64,000 nucleotides of DNA from Octopus sinensis (taxonomy: Eukaryota): NCBI RefSeq assembly GCF_006345805.1, contig NC_043007.1:17298001-17362000 (forward strand), written 5' to 3'. The stretch's first letter is position 1, and every line of letters starts with the position of its first letter. A model generated the notes under the pieces. That model ran no database searches, was not told where the DNA came from, and saw only the letters and a list, made by a program, of their open reading frames with translations. Position numbers and translations under genes: made by a program. This document shows positions 1-13,381 of the stretch, in pieces.

Positions 1-163
1 ACAATTAGCATCATGCTTGAAACTCAAGAGTACCAATGAATTTGAATCAAACTGTTTTGATCCATACATGTAACTCCCAATAAATTGGTTGAGTGCCCTT
101 CTTTTATTTGTCCACTCACTCGTATATATCATCATCATCATTTATATACATATATATATATAT

Positions 164-194
<31 letters not shown>

Positions 195-198
<4 letters not shown>

Positions 199-365
199 AG
201 TATGAAACAGGTTTCTCCTCTGTTTCCATTTACCAAATTCACTCACAAGGCACTGAGCAATGTTGTACTATAGTAAAAGACACTTGCCCAAAGTGCCATA
301 CAGTGAGCGAGACAGAATCTGAAACCAAGGGATTGCAAAGTGTGTTTCTTAACTAGACAGCCATT
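195..365 (-). mobile_element. Partial SINE family A (5' half)
   Basis: Matches the reverse complement of the family-A head (CCAAATTCACTCACAAGG...AGACACTTGCCCAA). Confidence 0.7.
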
Positions 366-589
366 GTAGAATAAATATCATGAACAACTTTATTGAAAAA
401 AAAACTCCATTTTTTTACCCACAGCCAATGTCTATAATTTTTAGCAATATATATCTGTTCTTAAGACACACACACACACACACACATACACACACACACA
501 CACACATACACACACACATACACACACACACATACACACACACACATACACATGCTATGAGCTTTCATGCAATTGTTGTCCACCAAATT

Positions 590-1005
590 CGACTCACACT
601 CATGGCAGACACCCATAAAATTATTAACCATCTTACAAACAATAACTCTGATCACCTTTTCAAACTCCACCTGTCAAACACCTGTGGACATGACTACAAA
701 GTCAGAAAACAGCACGGCTCCCATGACTTTCGGAAACATTTTTTCACGCTAAGAGTTGCTGAAGCATGGAACAAACTGCTGACATCAGTAGTTAGTTGTC
801 GGAGCACTGCATCCTTCAACACTTCCATGCTTCCTGAGATTCGCCAACACTACACCTGATTTTCTCCCCTCCATACACACGCAAGCATGTATCTGACTCA
901 TACACCGTTCACTTTCCAGACATTTGTACATTACTGCATATGCTTTATATGCACTTTTGACAAGTTGTGGTGCACCTGAGCACTGTATACAATAATTTCA
1001 TTGTT
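590..1005 (+). mobile_element. CR1-clade LINE 3' remnant (end of ORF2 plus 3' UTR)
   Basis: ORF 380..859 contains HKIINHL..DHLFKL..TCGHDYKVRKQH...RKHFFTLRVAEAWNKL...VV, typical of the CR1 ORF2 C-terminus (TRGH.KL...R..FFS.RVV..WN.L). Confidence 0.75.
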
Positions 1006-1109
1006 AAAATATTGGTCACACTCCATTAAAACAGAATAGGAAACTTTGACAAGCTTCATTAAAGTAGCATAGGAAACCTTCACAGCAGCACACCTGTTTC
1101 AGTCTTCAT

Positions 1110-1412
1110 TTTTTTTCTCTCTCTCTCTTTCTCTCTCTCTCTCCCTCTTTCTTCCTCTCTCTCTTTCTCTCTCTCTCTCTCCCTCTTTCTTCCTCCCTCT
1201 CCCTCTCTCTTTCTTTCTCCATCTCTCTCTCTTTCTCTCTCTCCCTTTCTCTCTGACTCTCTCTTTCTCTTTGTCCCTCTCTTTCTTACTCTTTCTCTCT
1301 TTCTTTCTCTCTCTCCCTCTTTCTTTCTTTCTTTCTTTCTTTCTCTCTCTTTCTTTCTCTCCCTCTCTCTCCCCTCTCTCTCTTCCTTTCTCTGTCTCTC
1401 TCCCCTCTCTCT
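1110..1412. repeat. (CT)n/(CTTT)n polypyrimidine microsatellite
   Basis: Directly visible. Confidence 0.95.
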
Positions 1413-1624
1413 CTGGCCATGTAACCTTGTACCTCCTCCACAGCAAGACACCTGTTTCCGCCTGTCTGTCTCACTATAACCTTTCATCATCTGACACAAG
1501 ACCACCTCCTCCAATGTCCCCTCCCCTCGCAAAAGATTTTTGTCTTGCAAGTTACTTGGTGACCCTGTCAGTGCAGGTGCCACTTAAAAAGCATCCAGTC
1601 CAGACTGTAAAGTGGTTGGTGTTT

Positions 1625-1977
1625 GGAAGGGCATCCAGCTGTAAAAACCTTGCCAAAACTGACCTAAAAAGCACTAACTCCTCTCAGCTGAGTGTTTGAT
1701 GTCAGGAAGGGCATCCAGCTGTAAAAACCTTGCCAAAACTGACCTAAAAAGCACTAACTCCTCTCAGCTGAGTGTTTGATGTCAGGAAGGGCATCCAGCT
1801 GTAAAAACCTTGCCAAAACTGACCTAAAAAGCACTAACTCCTCTCAGCTGAGTGTTTGATGTCAGGAAGGGCATCCAGCTGTAAAAACCTTGCCAAAACT
1901 GACCTAAAAAGCACTAACTCCTCTCAGCTGAGTGTTTGATGTCAGGAAGGGCATCCAGCTGTAAAAATCCTGCCAAA
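1625..1977 (+). repeat. 80-bp tandem repeat (4 identical units plus a partial) inside a family-B element
   Basis: GGAAGGGCATCCAGCTGTAAAAA recurs at 1625, 1705, 1785, 1865 and 1945. Confidence 0.95.
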
Positions 1978-2200
1978 GCAGTTACTGAAGTTTAGCGCAG
2001 GTTCCTGCCTGGTCAGTTCCTGGCAAACTGTCCCATCCATGCCAGCATTGAAGCTGGACGTTAGACAAGGATGATGATGATGATGATGAATGGGCTTAAA
2101 CCTGGAACCACAGGGTAGGAAAGAAAACTTCTCATCCATGCACCCATAAATGTAGAGAAGCTGTCATCATCATCATTATCCACATCATCATCATTACCGC

Positions 2201-2238
<38 letters not shown>

Positions 2239-2839
2239 CCCTCATCATCCACATCACCATCACCATCATCATCATCATCATTATCATCATCATTTAAAGT
2301 CAACTATTCCATGCTTGTATGCATCGGACAAAATTTGTTGAGGTAGATTTTTCTACAGCTGGATACCCTTCCTGTTGCAAACCCCTCACCTGTTCTCCAG
2401 AATGGAGATATTCCTTTATGACCATTACATGCTGTAAAGACAAGGGCACACACACTCACACACACACACACACACACACATACACACACACAAGGTTGGT
2501 CTGTGGTTATAGTAGAAGACACTTACCTAAGGTGCCACACGGCAGGACTGAACCCATGACCTCCTGACCAGGAAGCAAACTCCTTGCCCACACAGCCATA
2601 AACACAGTGGCTGTGTCAATACAATATTAGCAATCATTAGTAATTGTCTTCACTTCTCTGACTTTCCTCTCACTGAGCTTTATTGACTCTGCTGCAATTG
2701 TATGATTTCTTTATTGTCAGTTGTTTAAATAGCTTTATTGACACAACGACTGGCCTGATGTTACATCGAGTCAAGTCAAGTCATACCTACCAGAGTAAGC
2801 GAAAACAAATTAATGTTTTAATTACTCCCCAACCATAGG

Positions 2840-3218
2840 AGCACTCCGTCGGTTACGATGATGAGGGTCCCAGCTGATACGATCAACGGAACAGCTTGCT
2901 TGTGGAATTAACGTGCAAGTGGCTGAGCATTCCACAGACACGTGTACCCTTGACGTAGTTCTCAAGGAGATTCAGCATGACACAGAGTGTGACAAGGCCG
3001 GCCCTTTGAAATACAGGTACAACAGAAACAGAAAGAAAGAGTGAGAGAAAGTTGTGGTGAAAGAGTACAGCAGGGTTCACCACCATCCCCTGCCGGAGCC
3101 TTGTGAAGCTTTAGGTGTTTTCGCTCAATAAACACTCACAACGCCCAGTCTGGGAATCGAAACCGCGATCCTACAACCGTGAGTCCGCTGCCCTAACCAC
3201 TGGGCCATTGCACATCCA
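2840..3218 (-). mobile_element. tRNA-headed SINE family C, tail type 1
   Basis: The reverse complement starts TGGATGTGCAATGGCCCAGTGGTTAGGGC with a B-box GGTTTCGATTCCC. It is homologous to 27429-27810 and 45168-45549. Confidence 0.85.
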
Positions 3219-3654
3219 TTCCCGAACCAAGCACCAACCATCTACTGTAATTTTACATAATACATCTTCATGCTTACCCTTTTGTTTCACCATAGGCTGT
3301 GGCTCTATCAAGAAATGGCACTTCTTAATAACCACTACCATCACCACCACCACCTCTAATACCAACTACACCACCACCATCAGTCTTGAGCGTGACTATG
3401 AGGTTAAAGTAACTTGCTTTGTGATCACTTGTTGCTGGGTTCAACTCCGTAGTGCAACACCTTGGGCAGGTTTTCTTCTACTGCAGCATCATGCCATGAG
3501 AATGAATTTTGGTAGATGGGATGTAAAAACCCTGCCAAAGCAGACACGGTAGCTTGGCCCAGCTCCTGTCAACAGTCCTACCCATGTATGCGTGAGAAGA
3601 CAGACATTAAATGATGATGGTGATAATATATACATACATACATACATACATACA

Positions 3655-3686
<32 letters not shown>

Positions 3687-3719
3687 CATATATATATATG
3701 TGTGTATGTATGTATGTAT

Positions 3720-4050
3720 CATCATCATCATCATCATCATTTAACGTCTGCCTTCCATGCTACCATGGGTTGGACGATTTGACTGAGGACTGGTGAACCA
3801 TATGGCTGTGCCAGGCCCCAATCTGATCTGGCAGAGTTTCTACAGCTGGATGCCCTTCCTAACGCCAACCACTCCAGGAGTGTAGTGGGTGCTTTTACGT
3901 GCCACCGGCACGAGGGCCAGTCAGGCAGTACTGGCATTGGCCATGCTCAATATGGTGTTTTTTACATGCCACCTGCACAGGAGCCAGTCCAGCGGCACTG
4001 GCAACGACCTCGCTCGAATGTTTTGTTCACGTGCCAGTAAGGCGACACTG
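3720..4050 (-). mobile_element. SINE-like family B ((GAT)n tail)
   Basis: Core CACTACACTC..GAGTGGTTGGCGTTAGGAAGGGCATCCAGCTGTAGAAAC...CATGGAA.GC.GACGTTAAA(TGA)n, shared with many copies in the window. Confidence 0.85.
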
Positions 4051-4310
4051 GTATGTATGTATGTATATATATATGGGCGCAAGTGTGGCTGTGTAGTTAG
4101 AAGTTTACTTCCCAACCAAATGGTTCTGGGTTCAGTCCCACTGTATAGCACCTTGGGCAAGTGTCTTCTACTATAGTCTTGCGAGTGGATATTATATACA
4201 GAAACTGAAAGAAGTCCATCGTATATATATGGTACTTCAGCATGACCAGAGTTCAATGAATGAAACAAAAAAAAAACAAATAAAGCCTAGAATAAAGAAT
4301 ACATATGACT

Positions 4311-4675
4311 CTTTTACTCTTTTACTTGTTTCAGTCATTTGATTGTGGCCATGCTGGAGCACCGCCTTTAGTCGAACAAATCGACCACAGGACTTGTTCT
4401 TTGTAAGCCTAGTACTTATTTTATTGGTCTATTTTGCTGAGTTACTAAGTTACGCGGACATAAACACCCTATCATCAGTTGTCAAGCAATGTTGGGAGGA
4501 CAGATACAGACACACAAACATACACACACACACATATATACATACATATATACAATGAGCTTCTTTCAGTTTCTGTCTACCAAATCCACTCACAAGGCTT
4601 TGGTCGGCCCGAGGCTATAGTAGAAGACACTTGCCCAAGGTGCCACTCAGTGGGACTGAACCCGGAACCATGTGT
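4311..4675 (-). mobile_element. SINE family A (tRNA-like head, internal (TA/TG)n, (TAAAAGAG)n tail)
   Basis: High identity to more than 15 other copies in the window. Confidence 0.9.
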
Positions 4676-5116
4676 TTCAATTTTCTCAAAGACTTATTTA
4701 TTCTGCTTTTCAGTTTAGATGTTTTTCTAAACTATAGGCAAAATAAAAACCATTTCAGTATAATAAAGACACCTGTGACTTACTAAAGATATCAATGCTT
4801 GTGTTATTTCAAGGATATCAGCTGAATGTTAAAACTTTCTATGGTACAAGGGTTTTTATTTACTCATTTTTTCCCCTCTCATATTGCAGTTTGTGAGCAT
4901 TAACACTGGTTTCCAGCAGGTCAATCACTGATATAATAGATTTCCGATGGTGAGAGTTACAGGAGTTTGTCAGTTCTGATGCAGGGGGCTTCATTTTCCA
5001 AATACCATTTCTTCAGCTTTCTCAAAGATGTTTATATCTTTGTAAAAAATAAATTAGTGAAAAATACACACAAACACAAATACATGCATGTATATGTAAA
5101 CACCTATATACATATA

Positions 5117-5287
5117 GGTGTAGGAGTGGCTGTGTGGTAAGTCGCTTGCTTACCAACCACATGGTTCCGGGTTCAGTCCCACTGTGTGGCATCTTGGGCA
5201 AGTGTCTTCTACTATAGCCTCGAGCTGACCAAAGCCTTGTGAGTCGATTTGGTAGACGGAAACTGAAAGAAGCCAGTCGTATATATG

Positions 5288-5326
<39 letters not shown>

Positions 5327-5520
5327 ACATGTTTGTGCGTCTGTGTTTGTCCCCCCCAACATGGTGGTGTGTTTACGTCCCCGTCACTTAGCAGTTCGGC
5401 AAAAGAGATTGATAGAATAAGTACTAGGCTTACAATGAATAAGTCCTGGAGTCGATTTGCTCGACTAAAGGCTGTGCTCCAGCATGTCCGCAGTCAAATG
5501 ACTGAAACAAGTAAGAGAGA
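5117..5520 (+). mobile_element. SINE family A, full length
   Basis: Head GGTGTAGGAGTGGCTGTGTGGTAAG...GGTTCAGTCCC (A/B boxes); tail CAGTCAAATGACTGAAACAAGTAA. Confidence 0.9.
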
Positions 5521-5523
5521 GAG

Positions 5524-5555
<32 letters not shown>

Positions 5556-6246
5556 GCACATACATACATACACACATACATACATACATATATACATACA
5601 TACATACATACATACACATATACACACATACACACACACACACATACACACATACACACACATACATACATACATACATACATACATACATACATACACA
5701 CATACATACATATACACATATACATGCATATACGGATAACATAGCATGTGGTTGCAATGCAAACTCTTCAACCACTCAGTTTTCGCTCTACCCATATTTG
5801 CGACATTCTACACATGTCTGCAGCAATCTAAGGATGTCTGTTGCATTCTAAAGATATCTGTGGTGTACCACAGACATATATTGTAGATACCTGCAGCATA
5901 CAGAAAATACTTAAAGCTTACCAAGGATATCGTCAGAGATTTAGCAAAGATACCAAAAACTCACTCAGGACATTAGTGGCATATTAGAAGTTTGTTATGT
6001 ACTTAGAATATATATGTCGTACACTAAATATAGCTGTGGTATACTGATGCGATCTGTGAGCCTGCTAAATATATTTATGCACTTTAGTTATTGAAATAGT
6101 AAACTTCAATGTTAAAAAGGGGGTCCTTGTTATTAATAATAATGAGTTGGAGTTGCCGTGAAAGTAAAAGCATTTCTTTTTGAATTATTAATATTCGTAT
6201 CAAAGATTTAAATATCATTAATTTCTCTGGATGATTGATCACCACC

Positions 6247-6277
<31 letters not shown>

Positions 6278-7309
6278 CACCACCACCACCACCACCACCA
6301 CCACCACCACCACCACCACCACCAGCATTATCATCATCATGTTAATGTTCTGCTTTTCCATGCTTGCATGGGTTGGGCGGAATTTGCTGAGGCAAGTTTC
6401 TCTATGTCCATATTCTTTTCCTGTTGCTAACCCCTCATCTGTTTCCAAGTGAGGTCATGTTTCCCCCGTAGCTGGACATGTTTTCACGGATTACCAGGAA
6501 TGAAGGACACTGCTTGTATGGTGGTGACATTCATTTACAGTAATCATTCAATGTAAAAACAAGGAAATACCAACTCATATAAACACACACATGTATACAT
6601 ATACACATACATATATAGGTAGATAGATGCATGCATACGTCCATCCATCCATCCATCCATCCATTCATCCGTCCGTCCATCTGTCCATCCATCAAAAAGG
6701 GATCAAAGTTCTTTCCCAAGGCATAGGTTCAAAAGGCTGGTTTCTCAGATACTGTGGCATATATATTCCTCCCCTGGATGGGACACAGGTCTGTCACAGG
6801 GTTACTCAGTATTGCCAGCAGAGTGAACTGAAAGGTATGTGAAATGCGATGTTTTGCTCAAAAACATGGCCCAATCCGAGAATTGAAATCATAAATTTAG
6901 GACCATAAAGCAAGTAGAATATTTTGGCTGGATACGGCTGGTTTTGAATGTTAAAGGGTGAAACCCAAAGCTACATTGTTTCAAAGTAAACTTGTAAATC
7001 ATACAGCTAAGTTTTTTTATCTACAACACTGTGTGAGAATCAGAACAATAGCTTACAATATAAAGCTGGCATTCATATACGTGTTGGTATATCTCTTAAT
7101 GTACATGATGTAGTTTGTAAGTTGGGTCCTTGAACAATGGCTAATAGTATAAAGAGGACAATGATATCCGTGTTAGTTTATGCTCTCATGCATTTCCATG
7201 ACCTGCATTACAAAGAAAGGACACTTAGAAACCTTGTATGGGATTTTTCACAAAGGGTATTGACCTTGACCCAGCTTCTCTGACCATGTTAATAAAAAGC
7301 AAAAAATTG

Positions 7310-7765
7310 GCAGAATTTGAACTCAGAACATAGTGGCAGACAAAATACCTGTTTCTATACTACCCTCTAGGGGCTAAAGACAGAGGGGACAAACAAGGAC
7401 AGAGAAACGGATTAAGTTGATTACATCGACCCCAGTGCGTAACTTGTACTTATTTAATCGACCCCAAAAGGATGAAAGGCAAAGTCGACCTCGGCAGAAT
7501 TTTAACTCAGAACATAGTGGCAGACAAAATACCTATTTCTTTACTACCCATAAGGGGCTAAACACAGAGAGGACAAACAAGGACAGACAAACGGATTAAG
7601 TCGATTATATCGACCCCAGTGCGTAACTGGTACTTAATTTATTGACCCCCGAAAGGATGAAAGGCAAAGTCCACCTCAGCGGAATTTGAACCCAGAAAGT
7701 AACGGCAGACGAAATACCGCTAAGCATTTTGCCTGGCATGCTAACAATTCTGCCAGCTCACCGTG
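7310..7765 (-). mobile_element. SINE family D with tandemly duplicated 3' half
   Basis: The reverse complement has a head GGTGAGCTGGCAGAATTGTTAGCA and the core TTCATCCTTTCGGGGGTCAATAAATTAAGTACCAG; a ~185-bp segment is repeated. Confidence 0.85.
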
Positions 7766-7881
7766 TTTGTTTTACATATTGTCTTAATTCAGGTAAGTAA
7801 GGACCTTATAATCTTCAGTTTTGAGATCCTTAAAAATGATGACATAAACCTCTAATCCATAAAGAGGTTCAAATAAAAAGT

Positions 7882-8275
7882 ACTAGCAGTATCGCCTGGC
7901 GTTGCTCGGGTTTGTTTCGACCCTTTAGAATTGGAATGTTTGAAAAGTAAAAATTTTGCATTATGTAGCTTGTTATTCTCTTTAAGGGAACATTTTTATG
8001 GTTGAAATACACCGAAAAATGGCGACACAGCAGTCAAAAAATCGTAAAAAATAGGGATTTTCATAGAAAAAAAGCACCTTTTTGATGTAAATAATTTTTG
8101 GTGTTAACATGGTCCGATTTGAACTTTATCTTCTACGGAAGGAAGAGCAAGCCTTCTTCTATCATACTCTCAATTTTGGTCAACTTGCACTGCAGGGTCT
8201 TGGAGGAGATAGTGTTAGTTGAAGGCTACCAAACCTGCCATACACAGACAACTTCAGCTTTATATAGAGAGAGAT
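7882..8275 (+). mobile_element. Non-autonomous Helitron/Helentron-like (DINE-1/Lep1-like) element
   Basis: 5' ACTAGCAGTATCGCCTGGCGTTGCTCGGG with a subterminal hairpin; 3' ...CAGACAAC..CTTTATATAGAGAGAGAT. A near-identical copy lies at 32820-33218. The class is assigned from terminal resemblance only. Confidence 0.65.
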
Positions 8276-8645
8276 TTGGGTCTGACATTCTAAACAGAAC
8301 CTTTCTTTGGAGAAATGAGAGTAGTGCATTGGAAAGCAGAGTCTTCAATCATTTCAACTCCAAAGCACTCTGAATTTATGTTCTTGTTTTTTTCACTTGT
8401 TTTACTCATTGGATTGTGACCAAGCTGGGGCACTGCCTTGAAGGGTTTGCTGAAAAAGTTGATCCCAGTATGCATATTTTTTTTCTATGTTTGAATTTAA
8501 TTCGGTTGTTCTCTTTTGCCAAATCACTAAGTTATGTGGATGAAAACAAACCAACTCTGGTTGTCAAGTGGTGAGGAGGACAAACAGAATGACATGAAAG
8601 GGACAAGTTTTAACAAAGCTGTTATTAGTGTAATTCTCTCTCCCC

Positions 8646-8689
<44 letters not shown>

Positions 8690-9207
8690 AAAGGTTTAGT
8701 CCATTTTGAACTTTCAAGCCCAAATCAAACAATGACAAAGGACATCTACTGTGAGCAGCTTGAGTGGTTTAAGACAGTGCTAGAAGAAAAACGACCATCT
8801 TTGGATTCAAGACGAAAGGTGTTCTTCCATCAGGAAAATACTTGGCTACATACAACGATGACATTCCAAAGGCTAGAGAAGTGTGAATGGGAAACAATGC
8901 CCCATCCACTATATTCACTGGACATTGCCCCATCTGATTATCATTTATTCCACAATCTTCAAAATCATTTGGATGGCAAAAATATGGATTCTGTAGATGA
9001 GGTCAGAACAGTACTGGAGGAGTATTTTTCATCACAGACAAGTGAATTTTGGAAGAAGGGCCTTTGCAAGTCTATCAGATAGATGGAAGAGCGTTGTAGA
9101 AGATGAAGGAGTGTATATTTTAGATTAAAAAAGAAATGGGTTTATCTTAATTTTCAAAAAATAAAAGAATTATAAAAAAACTGCATTAGCTATGGGATTA
9201 CCTAATA
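8690..9207 (+). pseudogene. Mariner transposase C-terminal remnant plus 3' TIR
   Basis: GLVHFEL..NQT....YCEQLE...KRP...FFHQEN...H...WETMPHPLYSLDIAPSDYHLF (mariner YSPDLAPSD motif); ends ...GCATTAGCTATGGGATTACCTAATA. Confidence 0.9.
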
Positions 9208-9388
9208 TTGCTTACCAACTACATGGTTCTGGGTTCCTTCCCACTATGTGGCACTTGGGTAAGTGCCTTGGGCTGACCAAAGCCTTGTGAGTGGACTTGG
9301 TAGACCGAAACTGAAAGAAGCCTGTCGTATATATATATATATATATAAATCTATATGTGCGTGTGAGTGTGTGTGCGTGTGTGCGTGC

Positions 9389-9455
<67 letters not shown>

Positions 9456-9755
9456 CACACACATATGTGTATGTGTGTATGTATATCTCTGTGTGTGTGT
9501 CTTTCTGTCTGTGTGTGTGTCTTTCTGTCTGTGTGTGTGTCTTTCTGTCTGTGTTTGTACCCCCATCACTGCTTGATAACTGGTGCTGATGTGTTTATAT
9601 CCATGTAACTTAGCAGTTCAGCAAAAGAGACTGATAGAATAAGTACTTGGTTTCAATAAAAATAAGTCCCAGGGTTGATCTGTTCAACTAAAACCTTTCA
9701 AGGTATTGCTCTAGCATGGCCGCAGTCAAATGACTGAAACAAGTAAAAGAGTAAA
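9205..9755 (+). mobile_element. SINE family A with expanded internal microsatellite
   Basis: Head and tail match family A. Confidence 0.85.
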
Positions 9756-9799
9756 AGTATAAAAGACTCGTCAACCAATAATAGCAAGCAGATTAAAAT

Positions 9800-10362
9800 A
9801 TGGATGGTGTTGATGATGATGATGATGATGACAAAGATGTGGGGTGTGGCGATGGTGATGGTGATGGTGATTTTGATAACTATGACAATGATGATGAAGA
9901 GAAGAGGAGGAGCTTGAGCATGTGATGGTGATAAGGGTAAAAACAAAATGATGATGATGATGAGGCAGGAGGAGGAAGAGGAAAGTGGTGATGGTGGTGG
10001 AGGTGATGATGATGATGATGTGATGGTGATATTGATAATCATGATAATTATGATGATGATGAAAACATAATGATGAAGATGATGATGATGAAGATGAAGA
10101 TCATAATGATGAAAATATGATGGTGGTGTTGGTGATGATGATGGTTGTTAAAGTTATGATCATCATCATCATCATCATTATGTTTTCATCATCATAAATT
10201 ACACTTTCATCATCATCATAATTATCATGATTATCAATATCACCATCACATCATCATCATCATCTCCGCCACCATCGCCACTTTCCTCTTCCTCCTCCCG
10301 TCTCATCATCATCATCATCATCTTGTTTTTACCCTTATCATGAAGATGACGACGACGACGAC

Positions 10363-10407
<45 letters not shown>

Positions 10408-10625
10408 GATCATAATAATGAAAATATGACACTGGTGTTGGTGATGATGATGGTTGTTAAAGTTATGATGACAGAAGGAGGATGAAAGTGGTGATGATGA
10501 TGATAAGTGATGATGATGATAGTGATGACAGCAATGATGAAAAGGGGGAACAGAAATATAATGATGAAGAAGAAAGAAAACGAGGATGAAAACCATGATG
10601 ATGATTATGAGGACAATTGTCATGA
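9800..10625. repeat. Degenerate (GAT)n/(CAT)n region with internal inverted and direct duplications
   Basis: Directly visible; see findings. Confidence 0.85.
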
Positions 10626-11089
10626 TATCATGGCCACTGCTCCAAAGTAACTCTTTTCTATTGTGTCATAGCTATTAGCCAGTTCTGAAAACCATCCCTC
10701 ATTTATCTCATTAGCCAGCATCATCTGTATTATTACACTGACAACTGCGGAAGCTATTAAGTATAACAGACATGCTGATATATGGGTGCTAATCATTGAT
10801 GCATGCTAGATTCCTAATTGCTGAACAACAGGTTTAAGAATAAATCAGTCTTTGCTGCCAAAAATATATCAGAGAGGTTTTTTGTTTGGCCAGTTTTTGA
10901 TAATGAAAAAAAAGAACATTTTCTCAATCAATTAAAATCTATGATGTATGAATTAATAATTTTGGCTGCTGTTTTATGCAGGCTGAGTGATCTCATAGAT
11001 CAGGCAAGGGCAACCTTTTTCTCAAGAAGTGAGACATCACATACCATCAAGCAGGTAACTCTATTAAAACAAAAATTTTTGATAGGTGT

Positions 11090-11330
11090 GAAAAAGATTT
11101 GAGCGAGGTCATTACCAGTACTGCCTGACTGGCCCCCATGCTAAGGCACGTAAAAAGCATCCACTACACTCTCGGAGTGGTTGGCGTTAGGAAGGGCATC
11201 TAGCTGTAGAAACTCTGCCAAATCAAGATTGGAGCCTGGTGCAGCCATCTTGTTCGCCAGCCCTCAGTCAAAATCGCCCAACCCATGCTAGCATGGAAAG
11301 CGGACGTTAAATGATGATAAACGATGATGT
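11090..11330 (+). mobile_element. SINE-like family B
   Basis: Family-B core and (GAT)n tail. Confidence 0.85.
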
Positions 11331-11989
11331 GATATTCAGAAAGTTCCATTGGCCAAGGTTTGCTCCTCTCTGCCATAGATTTTCCTGTTATGACTCAGTT
11401 TCAAAAGGTAGGACACTGCTTATTCACATTTCTAAGATTTCTATCAAACAGGTGTTGTTTAGCCTAATTCTTCCCTCATCAAACAGAATTATGATCAGAA
11501 ATGTTTCAGTTGTGGTGAACTTATCAGGTGCAAATGCTGTTTCAAATGCTGAAGTGTGGTTTGACTGAAATTTGTCTGCTATTTCTAGCAGATTGCATGA
11601 CCTTAATTTGAGCCAAAGAGGAAGAGGCTTCCTTGTTAGCCCAAATTATTCTATCTTTTTTTCAATATTTCTCCTCTTTAGAGACTCCTTCAATCAGGAT
11701 TGGCCATACATCTGCATCTGTATGTGGAGATCTGGGCAAAGTATTTTCTGTAGAAGTCTAGTAGTTACCAAAGTATGTAATTCTCCTCTTCTCATGCAAT
11801 CAATGTTGTTCAAGGGAATAGCTTTTCTTAAAGACAGAACACAGCTTGGCACCAGTCTCCGCACAGGGTTCAGTCCTTGTTGCAATATGATGGCTTGTGT
11901 GCTTTGATGACCCTCAGAGCTGTGAAAACAGAGTGCAAACTCCTAGTAGGGCTTCCTATGCTGTACAAGTCAAAGGCAGAGGCCGGATA

Positions 11990-12305
11990 AATATGGACCA
12001 CCTCTTCATAGAGATAAAAATGGATTTGTATTGGGACAAACCCTGCCTAGAAAAAAGGCAACCTACAGAAGCGTCAATATGACCTGGGAGAGGAAGGCCT
12101 TCTCCCCAGGGAAACATGAAAATCCACAAGGGAAGTGGAAGAGAGGATGCTTTAAAAATAGCTGGGAAAAGGGTACTGAGGCAAAGCTAAGGAAGCAGGG
12201 GTCCAACTGAAGAGAAGCAGAAAATAAATAACCCAGACTTGAGAAGAATAGAGAAAAGTTATCAAAGGCCAGTGTTCCACAGGTAATGAAGGGTTTGAGT
12301 GAGTA
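11990..12305 (+). mobile_element. Highly decayed RTE/RTE-X-like LINE 3' end
   Basis: A frameshifted translation resembles ..PQG.RK.GR...SW.K..E..LRKQG....EAE...RK.IK..CSTGNEG*. Confidence 0.4.
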
Positions 12306-12423
12306 TTGGTACTTGGTTTTTATCACTCTTGGAAGAATGAAGGATAAAGTTAACACCAGGAAGATTTGAACTCAAGATAGGGATCAAAGGGGTCCACAGG
12401 TAAAACATGGGTACAATAGTTGG

Positions 12424-13325
12424 GTTCAGAGAAGAATAGGATGTTGTAGCAACATAGAACAGGAAGGGAGGAGAAACGTTGGAGCTTCTTGAAATGTCTT
12501 GGAATGTTGCATGATCATTGTAAACAAAAAGGGCTCACAACTATGTCCAGGCTGTTCATTGATAAACCAGAGAATAAACTAAAGGAATTGAATCAAACAA
12601 CACGAAGTATTCTATCCTTTGCTCAAATGACTTTACCAGCTTGTTGTCTTTTCACTAACATGTCAGTGTATTCCATGACGCATGCATCTTTTTGCACATA
12701 CTCTCTTGTCCATACTGTATGGGATTTCCCAAACAAGCATCTCACTGAATTCATATTTAAACTGAAAGCAAAACCCATTTCTGAATGTATGCTGGGATGA
12801 AGAGCTTTTTGTGGTGGCCCTCTTGGTTGTTTCTGAATATTTAAATTTCAAGTAAGGGTTTCATTCCAAAAGTTAAATTAATGGATTTTAATTTTTAGTA
12901 CTCACCCTTCACTGGTACCTATTTTATTGACCTCATCCCCATCCCAATCAGCCGTTGACTGTCTATAAAGATGAAGTATGACTCCTGCTAGAGAGAGATG
13001 CCTGCTCACATATCTGGGACAGATATATTGCTACGACAACAGACACATACACAAACACAATCATTCTAGCTTGAACGTTCAAATCCTCCTGGGTTTAACA
13101 TCTAAATGAAGTTATTCAGAAGTCAATCGGCAATCCATAACGCATTAAATGAGCCGTACAAGCAAGATAAGAATCCTCTAGCTCATCAATCAATGAACAT
13201 TCCAGATAAAGCTGTGACTCCCTTTTGTTTACAATGAACATGCAACATGTCAAAACATGTCAAGAAGCTCGGCTGTTTCTTCTCCTTTCCTGTTCTAAGC
13301 TGCTACAACATCCTCTTCTCTGAAC
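12424..13325. repeat. Old inverted repeat: arms 12424-12562 and 13190-13325, ~83% identity
   Basis: Manual alignment of the reverse-complemented left arm to the right arm, e.g. CTTTTGTTTACAATGA.CATGCAACAT and TTCCTGTTCTA.G.TGCTACAACATCCT. Confidence 0.85.
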
Positions 13326-13381
13326 TAGCAAGTTGCATGTCACTTGCACCAAACTGACCCAAATATTGTATCCACTTAACC

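Noticed and set aside
1625-1977. 80-bp periodic array as CRISPR
   Set aside because: The units are wholly identical, with no unique spacers.
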